Source of the DNA: Promethearchaeota archaeon
Lineage (GTDB): Archaea > Asgardarchaeota > Lokiarchaeia > Sigyniarchaeales > SOKP01
DNA length: 64,000 nt
Assembly (NCBI GenBank): GCA_048939995.1
Contig: JBHLOY010000009.1
Coordinates: forward strand, 21,456 to 85,455
Reading direction: 5' to 3'
Numbering within the stretch: the first letter of the stretch is position 1; the number at the start of each line of letters is the position of its first letter. Made by a program: the position numbers and the translations under genes. This document shows positions 18,394 to 27,279 of the stretch, in pieces. The notes below the pieces were generated by a model that did no database searches, was not told the origin of the DNA, and worked only from the letters and a program-made list of their open reading frames with translations.

Positions 18394-19242
18394 TTATTCA
18401 TGTGGTAGAAGTATTACCATAGATATAATAAGTAATAGCCCAATTATGAATATAATTGCCTGAATGATCGATTTTTTTAAATTTTTTTCTTTTATTAATT
18501 CTGGCATAAGTTCAGTACTTGCTATATATAAGAATCCCCCACCAGAAAAGGCTAGAAAGAACAAGTTAAAGACACTTATGAATCCAGATAGTAGATAAGC
18601 TAATAAGCCTCCTAATAACGCCACCATAGCGCTTGCAAAGTTAAATAAGAGTGCTCTTCTTTTAGAAAATCCTCCGTAAACAAGGATCCCAAAATCACCA
18701 ATTTCTTGAGGCAATTCATGAAATAACACAGCAAGTGTAATTACTAAGCCAGTACTTATTCCATTCAAAAATGCAACCATTATAATAATACCATCTAGAA
18801 AATTGTGTAAAGAATCTCCTATTAAGTTAAGAACAGCGAAATTTTTTATCTTCCCACCCTTTTCCAAAATTTTACTACTTCCTTCAGTAATCGTATCATA
18901 ACAAACTAAGCGATCTTCTTTCTCATGAGCATGTCCATGAAACCAATAAATAAATCTTTCAATTATAAAAAAAATTACAAATCCCATTATGATAAAGGAA
19001 AATAGAAGAAATTCACTAATTCCAGCACCACCCGCGTTTAATTCTTCAAGATGGTGAACCGATTCTGGAATCAAATCAAACAATGCTGTAGCAAGAATCG
19101 TGCCAGTTGCAAATGCAACTAGAATAAACAAAAATTTATCCATTGTTTTTTCTTTGATTGAAATCATAAATAAACCAAATAGACTAAGAGAACCGATAAG
19201 AAATATAATAAAAAATCCTAAAATTGCTTCCAATTTTACCAC
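18394..19242 (-). CDS. ZIP family divalent-metal transporter (ZupT-like), copy 1
   Basis: 'HNFLDGIIIMVAF' and 'HELPQEIGDFGILVYGGFS' are ZIP signature helices. A His-rich loop 'HGHAHEKE' is present. Confidence 0.85.
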   Translation of the reverse strand: MVKLEAILGFFIIFLIGSLSLFGLFMISIKEKTMDKFLFILVAFATGTILATALFDLIPESVHHLEELNAGGAGISEFLLFSFIIMGFVIFFIIERFIYWFHGHAHEKEDRLVCYDTITEGSSKILEKGGKIKNFAVLNLIGDSLHNFLDGIIIMVAFLNGISTGLVITLAVLFHELPQEIGDFGILVYGGFSKRRALLFNFASAMVALLGGLLAYLLSGFISVFNLFFLAFSGGGFLYIASTELMPELIKEKNLKKSIIQAIIFIIGLLLIISMVILLPHE

Positions 19243-19454
19243 GACATTTTTGTTTTATAAAGATAAAAAAGAATATAGATCAAAATTTAGGAACCATTTT
19301 AAATATAATTTATAAAATAGTTTCATCCCTAATCTTCATATAAGCTTTATTAGAGTGAGTAATATATTTAATAATTATTAATGAAAATCTTTATGTAGCA
19401 GAATTAGTTTATATAGTTTAATTAAGGTTGAGATGATTACTTAGATTAAGCACT

Positions 19455-19979
19455 ATGTATGACGCAATTTTCAAAGTTGTTATTTTTGGTGATGCTGGGA
19501 GTGGTAAGACGGCTCTAACTAAGAGATTTATGACAAACTTATTTATATCAGATACACAAATGACGATTGGAGTAGATTTCATAGTTAAAACCATCGAAGT
19601 TGATGGGAAAGAGATAAAACTCCAGATTTGGGATTTTGGTGGTGAAGAAAGATTCAGATTTCTCCTTCCAAGATATATTCGTGGTGCGAGCGGAGGACTT
19701 TTGATGTATGATATTACTAGCTATCCTTCCACCTTTCATATTGAAGATTGGTTATCTGTTATACGTAGAACAGAGGAAACATTTCCGATTATTCTTGTAG
19801 GAGGTAAAGCAGATTTAGAGGAATTCCGTCAAATTTCTTTTGATGAAGGATTAAAAATTACTATTTCACAAGGTTTAAATGACTTTATAGAATGTTCTAG
19901 TAAAACAGGACTAAATGTTGAAAAGATTTTTGAAAGCCTTGCTAGCATAATGCTTAAAATATCAAATGATAAGTATTGA
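19455..19979 (+). CDS. Rab/Ras-like small GTPase (copy 2)
   Basis: G1 'GDAGSGKT', switch I 'MTIGVDF', G3 'WDFGGEERF', 'YIRGASGGLLMYD', G4 'GGKADL', G5 'ECSSKTG'. No C-terminal Cys lipidation motif. Confidence 0.9.
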   Translation: MYDAIFKVVIFGDAGSGKTALTKRFMTNLFISDTQMTIGVDFIVKTIEVDGKEIKLQIWDFGGEERFRFLLPRYIRGASGGLLMYDITSYPSTFHIEDWLSVIRRTEETFPIILVGGKADLEEFRQISFDEGLKITISQGLNDFIECSSKTGLNVEKIFESLASIMLKISNDKY

Positions 19980-19984
19980 ATCTA

Positions 19985-22258
19985 CTAATCTTTATTATTT
20001 TTAATAGGAACAAAAATTCCTTTTTTAATCAAATTTAATAGGGCTTCATAATCCTTTGGTCCACAAACATTATCTGGAAGTAGATATATAGCATAAAAAT
20101 AAGTTAGATTATAATCCTTCATAAAATTAGTTGCTTTTTTGACCATCTCTTTTTCATTTTGGTTTAGTTTTGCCTCTTTAGGAATTGAGACTCTTAATGG
20201 ATAACGAAATGAAACATTTAAATCACTATCAATCAGTTTCTGTATACTACGGAATGGTCTTAGGTCACCTTCAAAACTTTCGATTAATTTGCTGTAATAT
20301 TTGTAAATATGATAAGCCAATGATTCAATAGAATAAAGAAAATTTTTAGAAGGATTACTCTTCATAATAACGATTACCCGCAAATTGATAAATTCTGTCA
20401 TTAATATAATAGAATTTTTATATTCTACTTTAACAGTTCGCGATTCCTTTGCACCATCTATTACTTCAACCCCAAAATTATGAATAGCTTGAAGAAATCC
20501 AGATATTAAAGTGGGATCTAATTGTTTTTCCTCAAAGGATTGGGAATATAAATCGATTCCGGTTTTTGTATGCAATACAATTATATATTTTAAATTCAAA
20601 ACATCATTACATTGTTCTAAAAATGTTTGCAGCTTATCTCTTTTTCGAGATTCCCTCTTCTTAACCACTACATAACTCGAGTAACCTATAGTCATACCAC
20701 CAATAACAATACTTCCAATTATTATAAATAACGTGAAATCTAGCTCATTCGGGATTAGATTCGCTTCTATAAAAAATGTCTGAGATTGAACACCCGCATC
20801 AGTTTCATTATTCCAAAAAATATAAGCAATATAATCCCCCTCAATTGCATTTGTTGGAATTATATATGAAAATTCTAATGGTGATGAAGGTTCTTCTAGT
20901 ATTTGTTTAGTAGTTTGGTATTTTACTATATCAGCTGGATTGAAAAGTAATAGCGTGTAATTACCGGCTAAAGGAGATAAAATTGAAAAGCTTAATTCCT
21001 GCCCTGCTTGATATTCAGTTATAGGAGCATTTATAATAAATTCTATATTTGGAGAATTCGCTCTTATTTCCCATTCAGCACTATTTTCTATAGTGGAATT
21101 TGGGATTATTAAATAATTAGTAACGGGGTCAATTATAATGTCTGAAGAAATATTTATACTATTCTTTATTATATTCAGGTTAGTCCAACTTCTTGGTAAG
21201 AGGAATTTTATCGTGTGATTATTAGAAACTCTTGTGATTATAGGATTAACAACCCAGACAATAGAATCGTTGAACTGGATATTAACAGAACTTTCAACAT
21301 TAAATAAATTATTGATATGAAGGGTATAATCAAGTTTAAAATTCAAGCTCTCAGTTTTATTATTTTCAATCTTAAAGCTAACAATTTCATTATTAGGATG
21401 ATAATTGATATCACTCCTCTTTAGATATCCATTTCCCTCACCGTATCCATTTGATACTTTATAAAAATTACCATTGATTTGAGTAGTCATATTGATTTCT
21501 TCTGGAAAAACAGATGAATTAATTTTTTGAATTAATCTATATAGAAAGGTTACTCCTTGAGAGCCCATCGACCAAGAACCACCATTGAAAGAAGAGCTAT
21601 ACAAATCGGGATTTTTAGGGTTTATATCATTTTTATACCAGAAGTAATCTGATTTAGGACTAGTTCCTATGGATGATCCATCTATGATAATATAATAATC
21701 CCCAATAGGAAGAAAAATAGGGCTAGAAAAAGTTTGGCGATGCCAAGAGGGTAAAAGAGAAAATGACATATTTAAATTTCTTAATGGGCTATAAGTTTGA
21801 GTATTTGGGGCTTTAGTTAAATCATCATAACCTTTTATCTGAAAATAAATAGGTTTACTTTCAGAGGATTCATTATTACCATATATTTCGATACCATAGA
21901 TTATAGTGGGGTCTATGATTTTTAGTTGTACTCCTAAACCATCCTTAAATTTATTAATAATAGCATAATTAGCGGGAATATCTTCAATTGCTTTTATCTC
22001 AGACCCAAACTCTACCTTGCTAAAATTTAGGTTTATATCTTCAATAGCCCAAGAGGAGCTAGGTAAATTGAAGTCAAATGAACTTAAATTGTTATAAGTT
22101 CCTTTGTTAACTGAATATTCGAAAAAGTCAAATTTGGTATTTATATTTAAAGTACTGCTTGTTTTGACTAAAGAAATCCCATTTTCACTAATAAAACTAA
22201 AACCTAAAAACAATGCAAATACCAAAATTGAAAAGAAAAATAATTTTTTTGATTTCAT
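19985..22258 (-). CDS. Receptor-like single-pass membrane protein, paralog 1 (signal peptide, sequon-rich ectodomain, TM, cytoplasmic longin/Roadblock-like module)
   Basis: Signal peptide MKSKKLFFFSILVFALFLGF, an ectodomain of about 500 aa with many NxS/T sequons, the TM 'FTLFIIIGSIVIGGMTIGYSSYVVV' and a 225-aa tail with a beta-beta-alpha-beta-beta-beta-alpha pattern. Colinear with three other ORFs in the window. Confidence 0.8.
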   Translation of the reverse strand: MKSKKLFFFSILVFALFLGFSFISENGISLVKTSSTLNINTKFDFFEYSVNKGTYNNLSSFDFNLPSSSWAIEDINLNFSKVEFGSEIKAIEDIPANYAIINKFKDGLGVQLKIIDPTIIYGIEIYGNNESSESKPIYFQIKGYDDLTKAPNTQTYSPLRNLNMSFSLLPSWHRQTFSSPIFLPIGDYYIIIDGSSIGTSPKSDYFWYKNDINPKNPDLYSSSFNGGSWSMGSQGVTFLYRLIQKINSSVFPEEINMTTQINGNFYKVSNGYGEGNGYLKRSDINYHPNNEIVSFKIENNKTESLNFKLDYTLHINNLFNVESSVNIQFNDSIVWVVNPIITRVSNNHTIKFLLPRSWTNLNIIKNSINISSDIIIDPVTNYLIIPNSTIENSAEWEIRANSPNIEFIINAPITEYQAGQELSFSILSPLAGNYTLLLFNPADIVKYQTTKQILEEPSSPLEFSYIIPTNAIEGDYIAYIFWNNETDAGVQSQTFFIEANLIPNELDFTLFIIIGSIVIGGMTIGYSSYVVVKKRESRKRDKLQTFLEQCNDVLNLKYIIVLHTKTGIDLYSQSFEEKQLDPTLISGFLQAIHNFGVEVIDGAKESRTVKVEYKNSIILMTEFINLRVIVIMKSNPSKNFLYSIESLAYHIYKYYSKLIESFEGDLRPFRSIQKLIDSDLNVSFRYPLRVSIPKEAKLNQNEKEMVKKATNFMKDYNLTYFYAIYLLPDNVCGPKDYEALLNLIKKGIFVPIKNNKD

Positions 22259-22464
22259 ATCTAATTTTTATTGATTTCTAATTAAAAATCATAATAGTTT
22301 AATTAAAAAATCTTTGGGTTTTAGATTATTACATTAAAAATATTTTACTTATTAATAATGCAAATTAAATTTTTTTTTTTAAATTGGACTCCTATTATTT
22401 TATAAAAAATAAAAGCTATTTTATATTATTAATTCAAGTTATCAATGAATAAGAATAGGTTATT

Positions 22465-23376
22465 TTGATGACATTTAAGGAGAAAATAAAAGCATATGTA
22501 GATTTGACTAGAGCTCATTTTGCACCCGTTTGGCCATTATTGTTTTGTTCTGGCTTATTACTTGCATTTAAAAATTATAATTATTTTTCTTGGAGTTTTC
22601 TTTTACTAGCAATTTTCATTGGACTTTTTGGATTTGAAGCTGGAATGGTATTGAATGATATTATTGATTACCACATAGATGAATTAGATGTCGATGATAC
22701 ACTTACAAATTATTGGAGACCATTCAAGGAACGCCCAATTCCTTCTGGAAGGGTTTCTTTAAAAGAAGCAGTAGCTGTATTTATTATTTTTGTTTTAATT
22801 ACCACCATTTTAATAGCCTTTTTACCCTTTCCAAATCTTATATATATATACATTATTATGGTGTATGCTTACTCCATGGAAGTATTCTATCAAATAGTGA
22901 AAAGAAAACAGAGATTTCCAATTGCTCAGTTACTTGGAAGGACTGATTTACTATTATTCCCAATTGCGGGTTATTTATGTTTTGGATACTTTGATTTTAC
23001 AGTTATTCTTTATCTTTTATTTATGTATCCTTGGGCTCTTGCACACCTTGGAGCGAATGACATTGTTGATGTTAAAAATGACGAGGCAAAAAATCTTAAA
23101 ACTATTACGGGGTTATATGGTGTTAAAGGAAATATTATATGGATTAATGTTTTCTCTCTGATCCAAATAATAACTTCTATGGTATTCGCTTTTATTGATT
23201 TAGGGATTATAGCACAAATAGGATTTGCTATTGGTTGGGTAATTATTATAGGAGCCAATTTGATTATTATTAAGGCTAAAGACTTAAAAGCGAGATTGAA
23301 GGCATTGCCTTTATTCCATGCTACTCTTTTGATCTACATTTTAGCAATAATAATTGACTCTGCTATGGCCATCTAG
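22465..23376 (+). CDS. UbiA family prenyltransferase
   Basis: 'LNDIIDYHIDELD' (NDxxDxxxD), 'RPIPSGRVS' and a second Asp motif 'ANDIVDVKNDEA'. Eight to nine TM helices. The ATG at 22468 is the likely start. Confidence 0.85.
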   Translation: MMTFKEKIKAYVDLTRAHFAPVWPLLFCSGLLLAFKNYNYFSWSFLLLAIFIGLFGFEAGMVLNDIIDYHIDELDVDDTLTNYWRPFKERPIPSGRVSLKEAVAVFIIFVLITTILIAFLPFPNLIYIYIIMVYAYSMEVFYQIVKRKQRFPIAQLLGRTDLLLFPIAGYLCFGYFDFTVILYLLFMYPWALAHLGANDIVDVKNDEAKNLKTITGLYGVKGNIIWINVFSLIQIITSMVFAFIDLGIIAQIGFAIGWVIIIGANLIIIKAKDLKARLKALPLFHATLLIYILAIIIDSAMAI

Positions 23377-23412
23377 AATTGTTTTTCATTAATTTTATTA
23401 TTTTATTTATTC

Positions 23413-24213
23413 TTATAGACCTTTTACTTTCTTATGGGAACGTGGTGGACAACGCATAAACTCAATATCTGGATACCCAATAGTAATAACGCCCCAGCTT
23501 TTGCCTACAATCTTAGCAATTTTAAGCAATTTAGGATTACTTTCAAAAGCTATTTGAGCATATCCAATATAACATGTTCCTAAACCTAATGATTGAGCTG
23601 CGATTCTACCATATGTAACTATATTACCGATATTAAAATGATCTAAGGGAGAGTTCCCTAAAGATGAAACAATTATTATATGGGGAGCATCATGGAAAAT
23701 AGGATGCTTATAAATTTTTCTTAGTGTCTCAAAGTGCTCTCCACTGCGAGATTTGATGGAAGGATTTTTAAGAAGTTCACCAATAATTCCTTCTGAAAGA
23801 GTACTTAACTGTACTGAGTCTGATATAATAGCAATCTTTTCAGCTCTAACATTAGCTCCTGTAGGTGCAAATTCCATAACTCTAATAACTTTTTCCAAGG
23901 TCGATTTGGGTACTGGTTTGTCTTTATAATGACGAATTGAACGATTTGCCCTCAAAAAGTTAGAGATAGTCTCATAGGGAATATAATTTTCAAGATCTTC
24001 TATCCCTTCAAAATAGAAAGGATCATCTCCTAAATTTTCAAAAATTATTGCTTCGGATGGGCACACAGCAATACAGTGTCCACATAAGTTACATCTTCCA
24101 TTAATATCCTCAAAAATAACTTTATTCTCTTGTTTTACAAATAACCATCTGCACTCTTTGCTACATAACCCGCATTGAGTACATTTCTCATAATTAATTC
24201 CTACTATTGGCAT
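23413..24213 (-). CDS. Ferredoxin-domain / nitroreductase-family fusion protein
   Basis: The N-terminus has two 4Fe-4S motifs (CTQCGLCSKEC ... CNLCGHCIAVCP). The C-terminal nitroreductase fold has 'RSIRHYKDKPV' and 'EFAPTGANV'. Confidence 0.8.
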   Translation of the reverse strand: MPIVGINYEKCTQCGLCSKECRWLFVKQENKVIFEDINGRCNLCGHCIAVCPSEAIIFENLGDDPFYFEGIEDLENYIPYETISNFLRANRSIRHYKDKPVPKSTLEKVIRVMEFAPTGANVRAEKIAIISDSVQLSTLSEGIIGELLKNPSIKSRSGEHFETLRKIYKHPIFHDAPHIIIVSSLGNSPLDHFNIGNIVTYGRIAAQSLGLGTCYIGYAQIAFESNPKLLKIAKIVGKSWGVITIGYPDIEFMRCPPRSHKKVKGL

Positions 24214-24283
24214 CTTACATCGATTTTAATTAGTTTTATCTATTCATTTATTATTTTGAGTAAATTTAGTTTAAAAAAGACAA

Positions 24284-24622
24284 TTATTTTTCCTTAATCA
24301 TTATCAGTATCATCTTGAACTTTTCAAGAGCTTTCAAAGCATGAGGTTCATTCGCAGGCATAATTATCATTTGCCCTGTATTAAGGATATAGTCTTTTTT
24401 AGAAATTGTAATTTTTACTTTTCCATCTAATATATGCACCATCGCATCAAATGGGGCTGTATGCTCGCTTAAGCCTTGATCTTTATCAAAAGAAAAAAGG
24501 GTTACCGTCCCTTGATTCTTTTCAATTAAAGTTCTACTAACAACAGAGCCCTCTTGATAATCTAGCATCTCATTTAAGCTCTGAACTTTTACGAAATCTT
24601 TAATCTTTATGTTTTCTGTCAT
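24284..24622 (-). CDS. Cupin-domain protein
   Basis: 112 aa. 'GLSEHTAPFDAMVHILDGKVKITI....L..GQMIIMPANEPHAL' is the two-motif cupin pattern. Confidence 0.75.
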   Translation of the reverse strand: MTENIKIKDFVKVQSLNEMLDYQEGSVVSRTLIEKNQGTVTLFSFDKDQGLSEHTAPFDAMVHILDGKVKITISKKDYILNTGQMIIMPANEPHALKALEKFKMILIMIKEK

Positions 24623-24782
24623 AATTTTCCCATCTTCTTTAATTAGTTTATTAAGTTTATAAAGAACCGAACTGATTTAAAGCTAAATGCGAACATGTTA
24701 TTTTTAAAATACAAAATTATAAAATTGTTATTTGTTATTAGTTACTCAAAAATCCATTATTGACTGGAACTTCTATTAGAAT

Positions 24783-25670
24783 ATGCAGAATTTCTGCACC
24801 AATTGTGGAAAACCACGACAAACTAGCTGGAAAGTATGCCCATATTGTGGAAAATCATTTATTCATATAGTTACTTCTCTCCAGCCAGTAGAATCTAAAC
24901 CACAATTTGATATAGTGGAAAAAAAAAGGATTTGGTTCACTAAGAAGAAGATAGCTATATTAATTGTATTATCTGTGATCGTTTTAGCTGGAATTTTAAC
25001 TCCCGTAATAATCTTATTTACTAATTATCAAATTAGAAATATAAATTATTATGTTAGCTACGGAACAATATCCAAATCATATAATTGTATGATTCCTCGT
25101 GAGACATATAATTACTATAATGATCTCTACCATCCTTCTCATGGAAGTAACGATTGGGATGTTGTTGCATCAGTCATAGCGTCCTACTGTACTCCAGATG
25201 AGCCAGAAATGGTAAAAATCGCTCAAGAAGTTAAGTCTCAATGCATTAATCAAAATGATGAGGAAGAGGTAATTAATGCCCTATTGAGTTTCACCCAAGG
25301 CATCACTTACGAATCTGAAATAGTTGATAGAGCAAGTTATCCTATAGAAACATTGATAGACAAAGGTGATTGTGAAGATTTATCCATCTTTTTTGGCTCA
25401 CTGGTAGAATGTTTAGGCTATGAAGCAATTATAATTTGTGTACTCATATTTGATAATGGTGATTGGGTTGGACATGCTGTTGTAGGGATTCATTTGGATT
25501 TTACTCCTTCCCATCATTCAAGTTATCCTCCAAGCCATTATTTAGACATATCAGAAGATAGTAATCAATATTGGTATTGTGAAACTACCTCACAAGGGTG
25601 GATGGTTGGAGAATTACCTGTTTCAGATCCTTCTGATTTTCAAGTACAGAGTTATGCATTTATTGAATAA
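24783..25670 (+). CDS. Zinc-ribbon / TM / transglutaminase-like (papain-fold) domain protein
   Basis: N-terminal 'CTNCGKP...CPYCGK', one TM helix, then 'GDCEDLSIFFGSLVECLGYEA', 'GHAVVGI' and 'YCETTS', which fits the Cys-His-acid triad of transglutaminase-like domains. Confidence 0.65.
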   Translation: MQNFCTNCGKPRQTSWKVCPYCGKSFIHIVTSLQPVESKPQFDIVEKKRIWFTKKKIAILIVLSVIVLAGILTPVIILFTNYQIRNINYYVSYGTISKSYNCMIPRETYNYYNDLYHPSHGSNDWDVVASVIASYCTPDEPEMVKIAQEVKSQCINQNDEEEVINALLSFTQGITYESEIVDRASYPIETLIDKGDCEDLSIFFGSLVECLGYEAIIICVLIFDNGDWVGHAVVGIHLDFTPSHHSSYPPSHYLDISEDSNQYWYCETTSQGWMVGELPVSDPSDFQVQSYAFIE

Positions 25671-25685
25671 CCCTTTTTTTAATTT

Positions 25686-26219
25686 TTACTCAATATCATT
25701 CAAATGTACTTTAATATAACCAGAACATTTTTCCTGGGAGTAAAGTAAGCATTTGGTAAATTGGGGATCAATTTCGTATTGGATTCCTAAAGCTTCCAAC
25801 CAACAGCAAACGCGAATTAAAACTCCACATTCATAATTTTCTTTCACTCCAATGAGTTTCATTCCTTCAAACGCAAAACATCTATCCATTTCCCAATAAA
25901 TGTAATTTCTTTTAGGATACGAGTAGGTAAATTTCATAAAATCCCCTTTTAATATACTAAATGCGTCATCAATAAATTTTTTCAATTGTTCAAAGGTTGT
26001 TATTTTAGAATAATCCATCCCCAGGGCTTTTTTGATTCTTCTTACTTCCAAGGGGGCAAGATTTCTAATAGCTCCTTTATTTAGCTTATTAGCCGCATCA
26101 ATACCAAATAGTTTTACAGAATTATAAAACCAAGAACCATCATGAGTCATCCAACATTTAACTATCAGTTCTTTTAATTCTTTTTTATTAAGTTGCTCCA
26201 ATAAATTCAATATGATCAC
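25686..26219 (-). CDS. 'WMTHDG' / 4-Cys family protein, copy 1 (unknown function)
   Basis: Shares 'K(N/C)WM(T/S)HD', 'NK..K.A(I/V)' and a C-terminal C...YxCG...W...LG...C...C pattern with 38101..38613 and 38601..39125. Confidence 0.6.
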   Translation of the reverse strand: MIILNLLEQLNKKELKELIVKCWMTHDGSWFYNSVKLFGIDAANKLNKGAIRNLAPLEVRRIKKALGMDYSKITTFEQLKKFIDDAFSILKGDFMKFTYSYPKRNYIYWEMDRCFAFEGMKLIGVKENYECGVLIRVCCWLEALGIQYEIDPQFTKCLLYSQEKCSGYIKVHLNDIE

Positions 26220-26242
26220 TTCAATTTTTAATGGATAATTGA

Positions 26243-26671
26243 TTAAATTTTAAAGCCTTCATTATCTAACTTCTCATTACACAAAGAATCACATTTTTGA
26301 ATATAAGGATTATTTCTTTTAACGTGGAAAAATTCAGTCTTTTCAAATTTCTCTTTAAGTTGATAAACTTGATTATATAATTTTAATAAATGGGGGACAT
26401 TAACTCTCCATTTGCGATTAATCTGTTGGATTACCAAATTACTATCAGAATATACTCGAATATGCCTTGGTTGAAATTGTCCGACCGCTTTTAATGCATT
26501 AATAATTGCTTGATATTCAGCTTGATTATTAGTAGCAGTTCCAATGAAATTTACACCATTATGAATAATATTATTATTAAGAACAAAAACAAATGCACTT
26601 GCAGCAGGTCCTGGATTACCACGCGCGGCACCGTCTGTATAAATTTTTAAAATATCTTCCTTTAAATTCAA
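26243..26671 (-). CDS. rnhA: Ribonuclease HI
   Basis: 'IYTDGAARGNPGPAASAFV', 'TNNQAEYQAIINAL' and 'VYSDSNLVIQQI' supply the D-E-D catalytic carboxylates of type 1 RNase H. Confidence 0.85.
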   Translation of the reverse strand: MNLKEDILKIYTDGAARGNPGPAASAFVFVLNNNIIHNGVNFIGTATNNQAEYQAIINALKAVGQFQPRHIRVYSDSNLVIQQINRKWRVNVPHLLKLYNQVYQLKEKFEKTEFFHVKRNNPYIQKCDSLCNEKLDNEGFKI

Positions 26672-26904
26672 AATTTTACTCCTAACTAAATAATTGAATT
26701 AGAAAATTTCCTGTAAATATTATTTTTTCCCTTTAAGTCTATTCACGTATCATAAAATTTAAATTAAGTATAAAAACAATTTAAGATGAAATTATTTTTT
26801 TTATAAGAAGTAAGTGATCTATATAAAAGAGTATTTAAGATAAGATTTGTTTCATTTTTGGGGAGATAATAGTCTTTCTATTGTCAAATCTAAACTTTAA
26901 AACG

Positions 26905-27174
26905 CTAAACCTTAATATGAATGGAGTCATACTTATTAAGCTTAAAACTAAACGTTTTTACTTTTTTAAGCATCCAAATTAGATATTGGATTCTGGTTAG
27001 CAAAAGAATTCCAGCAAAAAGAAAAGCTATTCCAATAGCTAGTAATGCTTGCAATTCTTTTCTGGAAGTGTATATAAAATAAATCAGCCAAAATATAAGA
27101 AGGATCCCAGCTATTAAAATAAGTATTAATGCGATATTCCTAATTTTTAAATAAGGCTTATCAAAATTTTCCAT
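26905..27174 (-). CDS. Small two-TM membrane protein
   Basis: 89 aa with two clear hydrophobic helices. No family recognised. Confidence 0.45.
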   Translation of the reverse strand: MENFDKPYLKIRNIALILILIAGILLIFWLIYFIYTSRKELQALLAIGIAFLFAGILLLTRIQYLIWMLKKVKTFSFKLNKYDSIHIKV

Positions 27175-27279
27175 ATTTTTATTGATTAAATATAAGTGTT
27201 ACAAGAAATACAAGAATGTTTAATATAATAATTTCATGATTATAATTCAATATCCTAATTAATATTTAGTAGATTTAAT

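Noticed and set aside
19455-22258. The idea that GTPase copy 2 and receptor paralog 1 form an operon.
   Set aside because: They are convergent, with stops 5 nt apart, so they cannot be co-transcribed. I keep only the weaker adjacency argument in the findings.
22370-22380. An 11-T run in the 22259..22464 spacer that might be read as a terminator.
   Set aside because: It lies between two divergently transcribed genes (receptor paralog 1 and UbiA), upstream of both. It is promoter-region AT/T-rich DNA, not a terminator.
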